From positions 22,043-86,042 of the forward strand of contig CAYSNP010000001.1 of NCBI GenBank assembly GCA_964432485.1: 64,000 nt of DNA, given 5' to 3'. Below the pieces are notes generated by a model. The model ran no database searches and was not told where the DNA came from. It saw only the letters and a program-made list of their open reading frames with translations. This DNA comes from an uncultured Christensenellaceae bacterium. GTDB taxonomy: Bacteria; Bacillota; Clostridia; Christensenellales; DTU072. Made by a program: the position numbers and the translations under genes. Shown here in pieces: positions 25,883 through 36,625 of the stretch; within the stretch, counting starts at the first letter, position 1; every line of letters begins with the position of its first letter.

Positions 25883-26647
25883 TTACAAAAAGTAAGTATC
25901 TTTCAATTTTGGCAAAGCGGCATAATCGGTATTGTCCATAGCCACGGGACTAATAGTTATATATCCCAGCCTATTCCAATTGGTGTCGCAATCTATGGGA
26001 TTGTCTTTATATAAGATTTGCTCACCTTTTAAGGTATAACTTACGACATTATCTTGCAGGCTTGAGTCAACTTCGTAATAGTCAGCGTACGCTTTTACCC
26101 CGATTGCAGTCACTTTTACCCCTTTAATATCATTGATATTGGGAGGAAAGTTTAAGTTAATGGGCACACAACCCTTGCAATCCTCATAAAGAACAGTCAA
26201 ATTATTTGCAATAAAATCACATGCTTTTCTTAAATCGCTTTCTAAAGTAAGCTCATCAAAAAAATAACCGCTTACAGCAAGCGACGGTATCCTAAGCAGG
26301 CAACCTTCAATTGCAGCATGCACCGTGCCCGAATAAAAGACATCGGTACCTATGTTGGGGCGATTGTTTATTCCGCTAATTATTAAATCCGGCGGCTCTT
26401 TTAGCAACTCCCTTACCGCAACTTTAACGCAATCTGCGGGAGTACCTTCAACAGAATAACATTCCCATGGAGGGTTGGGGATTTTCTTGACATATATAGG
26501 ACGGTAAAAAGTTAAGGAGTGACTAAAGCCGCTACAACAAAAACGAGGGGCTACCATAACAACAATATGCTCTTTATGCAGCCTTTCGGCCAGTATATTT
26601 ATCCCTTCAGATTTATATCCATCATCATTTACAATTAATATTCTCAT
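25883..26647 (-). CDS. surE: 5'/3'-nucleotidase SurE
   Basis: MRILIVNDDGYKSEGI N-terminus and GINNRPNIG. Confidence 0.9.
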   Translation of the reverse strand: MRILIVNDDGYKSEGINILAERLHKEHIVVMVAPRFCCSGFSHSLTFYRPIYVKKIPNPPWECYSVEGTPADCVKVAVRELLKEPPDLIISGINNRPNIGTDVFYSGTVHAAIEGCLLRIPSLAVSGYFFDELTLESDLRKACDFIANNLTVLYEDCKGCVPINLNFPPNINDIKGVKVTAIGVKAYADYYEVDSSLQDNVVSYTLKGEQILYKDNPIDCDTNWNRLGYITISPVAMDNTDYAALPKLKDTYFL

Positions 26648-28048
26648 TTAGACAGGATGTATATTGTGCTCTTGGTCCATAAGAGTAGCGTCTACTCCAT
26701 AGTCTCGGGCTTGTCTCCATTTGAAGTAATCCAGCGCCACTTGAGGAAACATAGCATAAGTGAGCACATCTTCTTCCTTAATATAGTATTGTTTGATTTC
26801 TGATTTTAATTTATCATATTCTTTAGGTATTAAATCTGCAGGTCTGCCTGTAACCAACTCATTAGCGGAAAGCCCGATTTTATCCAGCAAATCTTGACTT
26901 ACAGGAGTTAAAAGAGCACCATATTCGCCACGCACTAAAGATTTGAACTCTTTAGTAACCAGCTTATATCTTTCGCCAGACAGCACATTTAGCACAGCTT
27001 GAATGCCTACGATTTGGCTGCTGGGAGTAACCAGCGGCGGATATCCGACATCTTTGCGCACTTGCGGCACTTCATTCATAACTTCCAGATAGCGTTCAAG
27101 CGAACCTTGCTTTTCTAATTGAGAAATCAAATTGCTAATCATTCCGCCGGGAACTTGATAAATTAGCGCATTTACATCAGTTGTCATAACTTTATCGCTA
27201 ATATAACCCTCTTTTTTTAGCCTAGCGGCAACGCTTTCAAAATGCTGTGCTACCGGAAACATCTCTGCTAAGCTCAAGCCAGTATCATATTGTGTATCAG
27301 CTAAGGAAGCCACTAAAGATTCGGTGGAAGGTTGGCTAGTGCCATTTCCAAAAGGCGATAAAGCGGTATCAATAATTCCTGCGCCTGCTTCAATTGCTTT
27401 AAGATAAACCATTGCGCCTGTCCCGGCAGTATTGTGTGTATGGACATGAATTGGCAAGTCAATCTTGCTTTTAATTGCTTTTACCAGCTCATAGGCAGGA
27501 TAAGGCAGCAGCAAATTAGCCATATCCTTAATGCAAATAATATCTGCTCCCATTTTCTGCAACGATTGAGCAAGACCAACAAAGTACTCAATATTATGGA
27601 TAGGGCTTATCGTATAGCAAAAAGCGGCTTCGCATATTCCTCCATATTTTTTAATAGATGTAATGGATTGTTCCAAATTCCTTAAATCGTTTAATGCATC
27701 AAATACCCTAACTATATCTATACCGTTATCTAGAGCCTTTTTTACAAACATATCTACAACATCATCGGAGTAATGTTTGTATCCAAGCAAATTTTGTCCT
27801 CGCAAAAGCATTTGTAATTTAGTTTTTGGCAATGCTTTCCGCAAAGCCTTTAGCCTGTCCCAAGGGTCTTCATTCAAATAGCGTATAGCAGTATCAAAGG
27901 TAGCACCACCCCAGCATTCCAAAGAATGATAGCCTATCTTATCCAGTTTTTCTGCAATAGGCAACATATCTTCCAGCCGCATTCTGGTAGCCGCTTGAGA
28001 TTGATGCGCATCTCTTAAGATAGTTTCTGTAATTTTTATTTTTGCCAT
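26648..28048 (-). CDS. oxaloacetate decarboxylase alpha / transcarboxylase 5S-type carboxyltransferase (no biotinyl domain)
   Basis: ITETILRDAHQSQAATRM, HVHTHNTAGTG. At 466 aa it ends before any AMKM biotin domain. Confidence 0.85.
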   Translation of the reverse strand: MAKIKITETILRDAHQSQAATRMRLEDMLPIAEKLDKIGYHSLECWGGATFDTAIRYLNEDPWDRLKALRKALPKTKLQMLLRGQNLLGYKHYSDDVVDMFVKKALDNGIDIVRVFDALNDLRNLEQSITSIKKYGGICEAAFCYTISPIHNIEYFVGLAQSLQKMGADIICIKDMANLLLPYPAYELVKAIKSKIDLPIHVHTHNTAGTGAMVYLKAIEAGAGIIDTALSPFGNGTSQPSTESLVASLADTQYDTGLSLAEMFPVAQHFESVAARLKKEGYISDKVMTTDVNALIYQVPGGMISNLISQLEKQGSLERYLEVMNEVPQVRKDVGYPPLVTPSSQIVGIQAVLNVLSGERYKLVTKEFKSLVRGEYGALLTPVSQDLLDKIGLSANELVTGRPADLIPKEYDKLKSEIKQYYIKEEDVLTYAMFPQVALDYFKWRQARDYGVDATLMDQEHNIHPV

Positions 28049-28062
28049 TTCCTTCTCCTTGC

Positions 28063-29250
28063 CTAACCAAACATAGCAAGTAATACGCCTGCCGCTACTG
28101 CCGAGCCTATCACTCCTGCCACATTAGGGCCCATTGCATGCATTAATAGGTAATTGTTTGGATCCTCTTTAGCCCCAACATCTTGAGCAACTCTTGCCGC
28201 CATAGGTACAGCAGATACACCCGCCGCACCAATCAGCGGGTTAATCTTGCCGCCTGATAGCTTATACATCAGCTTGCCAAGCAGCACGCCTCCCGCAGTC
28301 CCCATACTAAATGCAAATACGCCAAGTATAAGTATCAAAATGGTATTAAGTTGTAGAAAAGCAGGTGCATAAGCCTTAGCCCCAACTGCAATGCCTAAGA
28401 AAATTGTGACAATATTAATTAACTCATTTTTAGCAGTATTAGTTAAGCGGGGAACAACACCGGATTCTTTCATAAGATTGCCCAGCATTAACATTCCTAT
28501 CAAAGGCAAAGCCGCAGGCAACACAATGCCGGTAACTGCAGTAGTGACAATTGGAAAAAGCACCTTTTCTTTTTTTGAAACTGCACGCAATTGTTCCATT
28601 TTAACAAGTCTTTCTTTCTTTGTAGTTAAAGCTCTCATAATTGGCGGCTGAATAACAGGCACAAGCGCCATATATGAGTATGCGGCAATGGCTATTGCCG
28701 GTAAAAGCTCGGAAGCAAGTTTGCTTGTCAAATAAATGGCGGTAGGACCGTCAGCGCCGCCGATAATTGCAATGCTAGCCGCCTGTTTATCGATAAAACC
28801 TAAAAATAATGCGCCAAAGAAAGTAATAAAAATGCCAAATTGTGCGGCTGCTCCAAGCAATAGACTTTTAGGATTGGCAATTAAAGGTCCAAAATCGGTC
28901 ATAGCCCCTATCCCCAGAAATATTAAAGGCGGAAAAATAACAAGCTCCACGCCCATATAAAAGTAGGTAAACAGTCCTCCCGCAGTACCGGGGGAGTGAG
29001 GAGCAAATAAAATATTATATGCTCCGGGAATATTGACTAAAAACATACCAAATGCTATTGCTAATAGTAGATTGGGCTCAAACTTCTTTACTATGGCAAG
29101 ATAAATTAATAGGCAGGCAATGCCTATCATTATAAGTAGCCCCCATATACCTAAATAATAATTGTCAGCTTGAACTTGAGCGGTAAATCCTGTGCTTTCC
29201 CATAATTTTTTAAGTGACTCTAATAAAGTTGCGCAAATATAATTACTCAT
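28063..29250 (-). CDS. Na+-translocating decarboxylase beta subunit (OadB/MmdB/GcdB family)
   Basis: Polytopic membrane protein with family motifs IIGGADGPT and NLMKESGV. Confidence 0.9.
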   Translation of the reverse strand: MSNYICATLLESLKKLWESTGFTAQVQADNYYLGIWGLLIMIGIACLLIYLAIVKKFEPNLLLAIAFGMFLVNIPGAYNILFAPHSPGTAGGLFTYFYMGVELVIFPPLIFLGIGAMTDFGPLIANPKSLLLGAAAQFGIFITFFGALFLGFIDKQAASIAIIGGADGPTAIYLTSKLASELLPAIAIAAYSYMALVPVIQPPIMRALTTKKERLVKMEQLRAVSKKEKVLFPIVTTAVTGIVLPAALPLIGMLMLGNLMKESGVVPRLTNTAKNELINIVTIFLGIAVGAKAYAPAFLQLNTILILILGVFAFSMGTAGGVLLGKLMYKLSGGKINPLIGAAGVSAVPMAARVAQDVGAKEDPNNYLLMHAMGPNVAGVIGSAVAAGVLLAMFG

Positions 29251-29260
29251 ATCTAAATCT

Positions 29261-29647
29261 TTAATTAATAATAGCCAGCGTTTCTCCGGTTTCTACATTA
29301 GCGCCGGCTTGCACCTTTAGTAATAAAGTACCGTCAATAGGAGCGGCAATATCATTTTCCATCTTCATAGCTTCAATTACAAGGACAGCTTCTCCTTTCT
29401 TTACCTTATCCCCGTTAGCTTTTAAGATTTTTAATACAACACCGGGGAATGGTGCTTCAACTTTTTCCCCGTCTTGCCCGCTGCCGCTAGCAACACTTGC
29501 TTTTGTGTCTACAATTGGTCTTGGCGGCTCTTGTACAATTGGCTTTGTCTCTACTGCTTGGGGTTGAGGTGCAGGCGTGCTAGGCTGCATCTCCTCAATT
29601 GCTACCTCATACTCTTGACCATTGACATATACTTTAAAGTTACGCAT
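29261..29647 (-). CDS. biotin carboxyl carrier subunit (MmdC/GcdC-like)
   Basis: Pro/Ala-rich linker and biotinylation motif VIEAMKMEN. Confidence 0.85.
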   Translation of the reverse strand: MRNFKVYVNGQEYEVAIEEMQPSTPAPQPQAVETKPIVQEPPRPIVDTKASVASGSGQDGEKVEAPFPGVVLKILKANGDKVKKGEAVLVIEAMKMENDIAAPIDGTLLLKVQAGANVETGETLAIIN

Positions 29648-29985
29648 TATTGTCCTCCGGATGAAATTCTTCTAACTGATCTAACTACAAAATTTGCTTT
29701 GGGGATATGCTCGCCGCTATCCTCCAGCATAGCATATACTGCCGCAATAGCGGCAATAAGCTCTAAATTATTCTCATTTAGCCCACTATCTATAAGACTA
29801 TTCTCATTCTTTGCGATTTTTAGCTTATTTTTGGGTATTTTTTTTGAAGTATTGTTAAGTTTAGAAATCAAGCTGATTACTACAACTAAAACATATAGCA
29901 TTATAAAAGTAATGCCCATCCCTATCAGCGTAGTAAGAGACCCCAGATTGATAATACTATTAAAATCCATTGCTGCAAAACCCAT
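29647..29985 (-). CDS. small membrane subunit of the decarboxylase (OadG/MmdD-like)
   Basis: One N-terminal TM helix, small size (112 aa), and its position between the carboxyltransferase and BCCP genes. Confidence 0.5.
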   Translation of the reverse strand: MGFAAMDFNSIINLGSLTTLIGMGITFIMLYVLVVVISLISKLNNTSKKIPKNKLKIAKNENSLIDSGLNENNLELIAAIAAVYAMLEDSGEHIPKANFVVRSVRRISSGGQ

Positions 29986-29994
29986 ACCTAGCCT

Positions 29995-31398
29995 CTAACG
30001 CACTAAAGCTGTCAATATACTTGCAACATAAGGCCTAAGCAGGGCAGGTTCTACTATATTGTCAATAAAACCCTCTTTGCCTGCCAAAAATGGATTGCCT
30101 TCTCTGGATTTATAATACTCAATTAATTTTGCCCTTGCTGCCACAGGGTCTTTTGATTCTTCAATTGTAGTAGCATTGGCAACGCTAACTGCAACTTCGG
30201 CGGTAATGGGGATAATTGTACTTTGCGCAAAAGCCAAAACATAGTCAAACCCAATGGACTTTGAGCAAAGAGCAGTATATGCGTACCCTATGGCGCTACC
30301 TGTAACAACAGCTATTTTTGCAATGTCGGATAAGGCAACAGCTTCCGCAAGCTCTGCACTTGCAATAGAAATACCGCCTAACTCTGCATCTAAATTACTT
30401 TCTATACCGTTACAATCAATTAAGGTAACCAAAGGTATATGATAGGCTTGCAAAAAGGCTATAAACTTTTTAATTTTAGCTATTCCTGCTTTATTTAGCT
30501 TATTTTCTTTGCCGTAAGCATTAGTTTGTACTATCCCTACCGCAATTGAATTAATGCTTGTAAGGGCAACTTTGATATCAGTCGCAAAATCAGCAAAAAG
30601 CTCTAAATATTTTTTATCGTCACAAAGAGCTTCTAAAAGCAAGCTTGGCGATATTTGTTTGTTTAATTCAGGTGACACCCTGTTAGGGTCATCTTCATTT
30701 TCTATAATCGGCTTTTGAATATAGTCAAACAGCAATGCAAGTTTGTCCCTAACTTCGCCTGCTTCTTTATAGGCAAAAGTGCAAACGCTGTTATTTTTGC
30801 AATGTGCGGACAAACCAAGTACATCTTTGCTATTTTTATTGTTGTCGGAGGCTGTGGAGGCTACCATTGGCGGCGCATAAGATAAAACGCAATCTTTGCC
30901 CATAAACACAATATCAGCAGTAAGCGCATAAGTGCTTATTAGCCCTACCGCTACCCCTTTTATTATAGCAATATGAGGTACTTTTCGTTTTAGATTGGAG
31001 ACTTTTGCAATAATGCTGCCATAACCCTCCAACACTCCTAACCCTTCGCCCAGCCGAGCGCCAATACTGTCTATTATAGAAATAAGCGGAGTATTTGTTT
31101 TTTCAGCTCTGTCTATGGCTTTTGCAATTTTTTCAGCATGTGCTTTGCCAAGGCTTCCGCCTAAAACCTGAGCATTTTGCGCAATTATTGTAACAGGGTA
31201 ATCCTTGATTGAGGCATACCCTGTAATTACGCCTTCTCCCAGCGCATCTTGCTCATCCAAATAAGATTGACCTGCCATAAAGACATTTGCTTGTACAAAT
31301 GATTGTTGGTCGGCAATTTCAGCAATAAAGGCACGAATTTCCCTAGTTGCTTTTTCAATTTTACTTTCTTTATCACGGAGTATGCCTAGTCCGCTCAT
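29995..31398 (-). CDS. acyl-CoA carboxyltransferase (methylmalonyl-/glutaconyl-CoA decarboxylase alpha, 12S-type)
   Basis: Two-lobed carboxyltransferase pattern (AQNAQVLGGSLGKAHAEKIAKAI; GGISIASAELAEAV...VVTGSAIGYAY). It is divergent and short at 467 aa. Confidence 0.8.
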   Translation of the reverse strand: MSGLGILRDKESKIEKATREIRAFIAEIADQQSFVQANVFMAGQSYLDEQDALGEGVITGYASIKDYPVTIIAQNAQVLGGSLGKAHAEKIAKAIDRAEKTNTPLISIIDSIGARLGEGLGVLEGYGSIIAKVSNLKRKVPHIAIIKGVAVGLISTYALTADIVFMGKDCVLSYAPPMVASTASDNNKNSKDVLGLSAHCKNNSVCTFAYKEAGEVRDKLALLFDYIQKPIIENEDDPNRVSPELNKQISPSLLLEALCDDKKYLELFADFATDIKVALTSINSIAVGIVQTNAYGKENKLNKAGIAKIKKFIAFLQAYHIPLVTLIDCNGIESNLDAELGGISIASAELAEAVALSDIAKIAVVTGSAIGYAYTALCSKSIGFDYVLAFAQSTIIPITAEVAVSVANATTIEESKDPVAARAKLIEYYKSREGNPFLAGKEGFIDNIVEPALLRPYVASILTALVR

Positions 31399-31570
31399 TC
31401 TATACCTCCATGTCTTTATCTTAGGAGTTTGGCTTGAGAATAGCCAAATTTACAACAAATACCATTATATACCAAATCCAATATTAAATCAAGAATAAAA
31501 GCAATCAAAAACAAATTAAAAGATGACTAAAATTAAATGATACAACAATAAAAAATAAAATCTAAAAATA

Positions 31571-32308
31571 CTAAATCTTCTTTAGATATTCAATTTCATA
31601 TTCATTCAAAAAGCGTGCGCTGCCCCTGGAGAGCCCGCCTAAACGCAGCTCGCCTATGCTGATACGATTTAAGAATACAACATTTTTTTGTATAGCTTCA
31701 AACATACGCTTGATTTGCCGGTTTTTGCCTTGTGTTATTGTGACCTCATAGGTAGCCAAGCCGTTTTTGCTTTCAGTATGCTTGATTTTACACCTATTAA
31801 GCTGTTTGCCATCCAACACAATACCTCTTTTAAGTTTGTCAATTTCCGTACTGCTTAGTTCGCCCTCGATTCTAACAACATAAGTTTTAGGGATTTCAAA
31901 GACGGGATGAGTTAGCTTGTGAGCAAGCTCCCCGTCATTGGTCAACAAAAGCAAGCCTTGCGAGTCATAATCCAGTCTACCTACAGGAAAAATTCTCTTT
32001 TCGGTGATATGAATATAATCCATTACGGTTCTTCGTCCCTTTTCGTCCTTTAGGCTTACTACACAACCTTTTGGTTTATTAAGCATTATATAGACTAGAT
32101 TTGTTTCAGGCTTTACCTTTATACCGTCTACCGTAACAGTATCGTTATCAGCATTGACTTTAACAGATAAAGATTGCACAGGCTTGCCATTTAGCTTTAC
32201 TCGCCCTTCTAGAATTATCTTATCAGCTTCTCTTCTGGAGGCTACTCCGGAGTCAGCTAAATATTTATTTATCCTAATATGAGGATCACCATTTCTTGAT
32301 AATGTCAT
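31571..32308 (-). CDS. pseudouridine synthase, RsuA/RluB family
   Basis: S4 domain (INKYLADSGVASRREADKII) and catalytic motif GRLDYDSQGLLLLTNDG. Confidence 0.85.
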   Translation of the reverse strand: MTLSRNGDPHIRINKYLADSGVASRREADKIILEGRVKLNGKPVQSLSVKVNADNDTVTVDGIKVKPETNLVYIMLNKPKGCVVSLKDEKGRRTVMDYIHITEKRIFPVGRLDYDSQGLLLLTNDGELAHKLTHPVFEIPKTYVVRIEGELSSTEIDKLKRGIVLDGKQLNRCKIKHTESKNGLATYEVTITQGKNRQIKRMFEAIQKNVVFLNRISIGELRLGGLSRGSARFLNEYEIEYLKKI

Positions 32309-33425
32309 TAAAATGGTCTAAAACTCCTTTTTCCTTTATATCACTCATTGTATAAAGTTTTTTGGTAAAAATCAAGTTATTATCAATATAGATTTCTATT
32401 GTCCCTACGGAGTTTTCTTTTTTATGAGGGGCGGCAATGTAGTCAGGCAGCTTTAGCTTAGCGCTAATTGTCTCGGTGTCGTCTTTTCTTATTGGTATGT
32501 TCACTTCTTCATATAAACATAAGCCCATACGAGAGCAAGTCCCGTCTTTAATATTTATGCCGCAAATACTTTGATGCGGCAAGGCAATTTTCTTTATAAA
32601 ATAACTTTGATGTGCCTTATCCATAAGTTGCATACTGCGCTCAAACATTGCAGGAACATTGAGCAGCACGCACACAAGCTGCATTCCGTCCCTTTGGCTG
32701 GAAGCAATAAAGCATCTGCCCGCTTTTTTTGTAAACCCTGTTTTTATACCGTTGCTGTCTTTATAAAGTTTAAGTATTTTATTTTTATTAGAAAGGTATC
32801 TTACTCCGCCATTTATGCCGGTGATTTTTACATTTTGAGTTGCTACAATTGAACGAAAATCCTTGTTGCGCATACCGCAGCACGAAATTACTGCAAGGTC
32901 ATAGGCACTGGTATAATGATTGTCATTATGCAGCCCGTGCGGATTGGTAAAATGGGTATCTTTTAGCTGCAACTCCTTTGCCTTATCATTCATTAGCGCA
33001 ACAAAACTCTCTAGGTTGCCTGCCACAGCTATAGCTACCGCTACTGCCGCATCGTTGCCGCTAGAGAGCATTAGCCCATAACAAAGTTCTCTTAAAGTCA
33101 GCTTTTCGCCAGCCTGCAAATAAATACTGCTGCCTTCTATGCCAACCGCTTCTTTAGGTATAGTGACAACCTTATTCAAGTTGCCTTTTTCTACAGCTAC
33201 AAGCAAAGTCATTGCCTTAGTGGTGCTTGCCATAGGCAAGCGGCAATGGATATTGGCTCCCTCAAGCACTCTTAGGCTTTCAGCTTCCATAACAATTTCA
33301 GCAGAACCTGCCGCACATGCTGGTGGCATATTTACATTAAATATGGTAAAAGTAAGTATTGCAACTAAAAAAATTGCTATTTTTTTAAGATGCTTTTTAT
33401 CCCTGATTGCAATATATCCAACCAT
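32286..33425 (-). CDS. D-alanyl-D-alanine carboxypeptidase (S11, DacB/PBP5-like)
   Basis: Signal/anchor sequence plus the SxxK (ASTTK), SxN (SSGND) and KTG (KTGFT) motifs. Confidence 0.85.
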   Translation of the reverse strand: MVGYIAIRDKKHLKKIAIFLVAILTFTIFNVNMPPACAAGSAEIVMEAESLRVLEGANIHCRLPMASTTKAMTLLVAVEKGNLNKVVTIPKEAVGIEGSSIYLQAGEKLTLRELCYGLMLSSGNDAAVAVAIAVAGNLESFVALMNDKAKELQLKDTHFTNPHGLHNDNHYTSAYDLAVISCCGMRNKDFRSIVATQNVKITGINGGVRYLSNKNKILKLYKDSNGIKTGFTKKAGRCFIASSQRDGMQLVCVLLNVPAMFERSMQLMDKAHQSYFIKKIALPHQSICGINIKDGTCSRMGLCLYEEVNIPIRKDDTETISAKLKLPDYIAAPHKKENSVGTIEIYIDNNLIFTKKLYTMSDIKEKGVLDHFNDIIKKW

Positions 33426-33733
33426 TTATCTGTATTGTCTCCTTTAGGTTTTACAATTGAAGCTCCTTCGCTTGAAACTACCAAAAAGCCAATTGGCATA
33501 AGGCTGACTCCGCCGCCTATGCCGGCAAAAGGGTCAGAGGGCTCGCTTACTTCTTTTTTGCTCCCTATTTCTCCCCCGCCTGTTAAAAACCCAAAGCAGA
33601 CTTTAGTAATTGGCACAATTGTGATATTGTCAGCTGTAACAATAGGTTTGCCGACTATTGCGTCCACATCCACTAAGCTGCGCAATTTCTCTATAGTGCT
33701 CGATAACATTTCGTTAATGCTATTTATGCTCAT
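33377..33733 (-). CDS. ytfJ: sporulation protein YtfJ/GerW family
   Basis: IVGKPI...ITIVPITKVCFGFLTGGGE and its size (118 aa) match the family. The + strand ORF 33390..33740 is its antisense shadow. Confidence 0.8.
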   Translation of the reverse strand: MSINSINEMLSSTIEKLRSLVDVDAIVGKPIVTADNITIVPITKVCFGFLTGGGEIGSKKEVSEPSDPFAGIGGGVSLMPIGFLVVSSEGASIVKPKGDNTDKWLDILQSGIKSILKK

Positions 33734-34265
33734 AACCTAACCTCTGTTTTTTTAGTATCTTATATAAGGTCAAAAATATAACAAAAAGCGTAACAGAAAA
33801 TCTGATTTCACTTTGAATAAATAGCTTATTTGCGGTATACTCAGGAATAATTGTATGGCTTGCCTTTCCTTTTGGAAAAGGCAAAGCAGTCTCTAGCAAA
33901 GTCAAAAAAATATCAGTTGTTTTCAAAAGCAGCGCAGTTCGCATTGCATTTTCTTTATCGCCAAAATATATAAGGATATGGGCATAATTTAACGGAATAA
34001 ATCTTACAATACTTTTTAAATCCTGCATATTTAGCCCTAGTTCGGTATCCATATTGATATTTTGCAACTCTTGCTTGGTGTTGCCTTGCATATCCACTAT
34101 ATCGCCATTTTGAACAGCAAGCACATATTCGGGCGGCAGTTTGCCGATTTTTAATGAAAAAGAAAAAGAAAACTTGTAATCAGATATATAAAAGCGCAAT
34201 TGTGTATTAAATGGCGCAAATAAAATCAGCGTAACGCCAAATGCAATTATTAAAGCTGTTATCAT
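33720..34265 (-). CDS. YtfI-like (DUF2953) sporulation-associated protein
   Basis: N-terminal TM helix, and position immediately upstream of ytfJ as in Bacillus ytfI-ytfJ. The assignment rests on synteny and size. Confidence 0.5.
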   Translation of the reverse strand: MITALIIAFGVTLILFAPFNTQLRFYISDYKFSFSFSLKIGKLPPEYVLAVQNGDIVDMQGNTKQELQNINMDTELGLNMQDLKSIVRFIPLNYAHILIYFGDKENAMRTALLLKTTDIFLTLLETALPFPKGKASHTIIPEYTANKLFIQSEIRFSVTLFVIFLTLYKILKKQRLGYEHK

Positions 34266-34310
34266 AAGAATAGTATTTAGGAAATAAAATAAATAATTCT
34301 AATTTAGCTG

Positions 34311-35021
34311 TTATTCTATAACAATAAAGTCCTCATCTTTAAGAAAATCCGGTATTTCGGTGTTAATATTATCAAGAGTGTCGCTAGCAACCTCTTGTTT
34401 TGCTTGTTGCTGCTCAACCTCAATATCCGCTGCTATATTTGTTTCTTCAATCTGTCTGGGGCGGAACAACATATCGGATTCTTGATAGTATTTGTCAAAG
34501 TTATTCCTTATTTCGCTAAGCAAGTATTCCTTATCCGGCAACTCGTCTAAAGATTCCAACCCAAACTTACGCAAAAACTCCTCTGTTGTTCCCAGCAATA
34601 GCGGTCTGCCTAAAGTTTCCTTCCTGCCTATAACTTCTATCAATCCCAGCTTTTGAAGCACCGTGCAAGCATAATCAGGGTCTACCCCTCTAATTGATTC
34701 AATGTCCGCTCTGGTAACAGGCTGCTGATAAGCCACAATGGCAAGCACCTCCAGCAAAGTTTTTGAAAGAGCCTTTTCCTTAATTGGTGTAAGTATATCG
34801 GCAATTTCTTCTCCATATTGCGGATTGGTTTGAAATTGGTATTTATCGTTGTACTTAATTAATAATATCCCGCTATTGCCGGCATATTGGTAGCTTAACT
34901 CCGCAAGCGCTTTTTCTATATCTACTTCGGTATAATCCTCTGCAAAATATTGTAAAAGATAGCCAATTTTTAGCCCTTGCCCGCTGGCAAACAGCAGAGA
35001 TTCAATTTTATTCTTCAACAT
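34311..35021 (-). CDS. scpB: segregation and condensation protein B
   Basis: N-terminus IESLLFASGQGL, two wHTH repeats (LEVLAIVAYQQPVTRADIESIRGV), and an acidic tail. ATG at 35021 is preferred. Confidence 0.9.
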   Translation of the reverse strand: MLKNKIESLLFASGQGLKIGYLLQYFAEDYTEVDIEKALAELSYQYAGNSGILLIKYNDKYQFQTNPQYGEEIADILTPIKEKALSKTLLEVLAIVAYQQPVTRADIESIRGVDPDYACTVLQKLGLIEVIGRKETLGRPLLLGTTEEFLRKFGLESLDELPDKEYLLSEIRNNFDKYYQESDMLFRPRQIEETNIAADIEVEQQQAKQEVASDTLDNINTEIPDFLKDEDFIVIE

Positions 35022-35814
35022 CAGCAAGCAACTCCTCAATATCTACATAGCTGTATTGGTCGCCCTTAGGGTTGTGAAATAGCAATATATCCCCTTGGGT
35101 GTCTTGTTCAAATGTTGCAATTTGGCGTTTTACTACTTCAAGCAAAGCTAAAAACATAGTGATAACTTCAGCTTTAGAAAAAGAAGAGGCAAAAAGGGTA
35201 AAAAAGCTAATTTGCTTTTCAGAACGGATAAGGTCAATAATAGTTTTTATGCTATCTACTATTGTATAAGTTTCTTTTATTATTGTTTTTGGTGCAGGCT
35301 CATCTTTAGAACGGTATTCAAGCTTTTCAAGTATACTTTTGAAAGCGTTGATTAGCTTATCCAAATTAAAGTCGGTAACTACGAACCTATAGTCATCCTC
35401 GCTAAACTTTGGCTCTCGATAAAAGCGCCAAAGTATTTCTAAATTAGCCAGCTTTTCCGCCGACTCCTTGAATAGCTTGTAATTTTCCAGCTGAATTACC
35501 AGCCGCTGTTGTGCGCTTAGCGCATCCTCTTCTTGCTCAAAAATATCTATTCGGGGCAGCATAGAGCCTGATTTAGCTTCTAAGAGCGTAGCGGCAAAAA
35601 CTAAGAATTCGCTTAAATATTCGTAGTCAGTTTGCTGCAATTGCTCCACATATTGTAAGTATTGTTCGGTAATATCCGAAATAAAAATATCTTTAATGTT
35701 TATTTTCGCATCCTTAATCATATCCAAAATAACATCTAGCGGTTTAGGAGAATCAAGCACTTCAAGCTGATAACTTATATCGCCAATGGAATTGTTAAAG
35801 ACAAGCTGTTTCAT
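35008..35814 (-). CDS. scpA: segregation and condensation protein A (kleisin)
   Basis: FSGPLDLLL-like N-terminus (PKPLDVILDMI), a C-terminal winged helix, and the scpA-scpB pairing. Confidence 0.9.
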   Translation of the reverse strand: MKQLVFNNSIGDISYQLEVLDSPKPLDVILDMIKDAKINIKDIFISDITEQYLQYVEQLQQTDYEYLSEFLVFAATLLEAKSGSMLPRIDIFEQEEDALSAQQRLVIQLENYKLFKESAEKLANLEILWRFYREPKFSEDDYRFVVTDFNLDKLINAFKSILEKLEYRSKDEPAPKTIIKETYTIVDSIKTIIDLIRSEKQISFFTLFASSFSKAEVITMFLALLEVVKRQIATFEQDTQGDILLFHNPKGDQYSYVDIEELLADVEE

Positions 35815-36528
35815 TTAAGCCCCTATTCCCGCAGCATTAAGCGTAATAATTATCAATTTATATATCAAATTGAATATATGCTGAAAAATATCCAAAAATT
35901 GCAGCCCAAAAGAAGAAAATATCCTGCCCAAAATTATTAGTCCAATCAGCACATGCAGCCCGTATTTATACATAAATACTGCATATCTGTTGCCCGGTTT
36001 TAAATACATGCTGAGCAAGCGAAATCCGTCCAAAGGATAAATAGGCAACATATTAAAAAACGCTAAAATAAAATTGATAAGAATGGCATATAAAATAAAA
36101 TTGAAAACTAATTGCTTAAAAAGATACACCGCTGAGGTGCCTGCAGTAGAGGTTAAAATAGGAGCAAGCAAATACAGCAGTAGCAAAAAGATACCGCCTA
36201 ATATAATATTAGTCACAACGCCGGCGGCGGAAACCCAAATCATTCCTTTACGATAATTCCTAAAATTGTTTGGATTAATCGGAACAGGTCTAGCCCAACC
36301 AAATCCCACAAGCAGCAACAGCCCCAATCCCAGCAAATCAAAATGAGCAACAGGATTTAAGGTTAGTCTCCCAGCCAACTTTGCAGTATCATCGCCAAAC
36401 TTTAGTGCCACATACCCATGTGCCACTTCATGAAAAATAATTGCAATAAGTGCAGCAAGTACAACTGCTAAAAGCAAAACCAACATTTCAGATAAATTGT
36501 CTGTTGCCCTTAAAATACTAAATATCAT
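35815..36528 (-). CDS. M50-family (site-2 protease type) membrane metalloprotease
   Basis: HEVAHG zinc motif and NMLPIYPLDG motif within a polytopic membrane protein. Confidence 0.8.
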   Translation of the reverse strand: MIFSILRATDNLSEMLVLLLAVVLAALIAIIFHEVAHGYVALKFGDDTAKLAGRLTLNPVAHFDLLGLGLLLLVGFGWARPVPINPNNFRNYRKGMIWVSAAGVVTNIILGGIFLLLLYLLAPILTSTAGTSAVYLFKQLVFNFILYAILINFILAFFNMLPIYPLDGFRLLSMYLKPGNRYAVFMYKYGLHVLIGLIILGRIFSSFGLQFLDIFQHIFNLIYKLIIITLNAAGIGA

Positions 36529-36625
36529 GTATACCTCATAATGCAGCTTAACTGATGCTCTTTTTTCTTTTAATTACTAATTATTATAACATTTGCGCTT
36601 TGTTTTAGTCAAGCACAGCCCAAAC

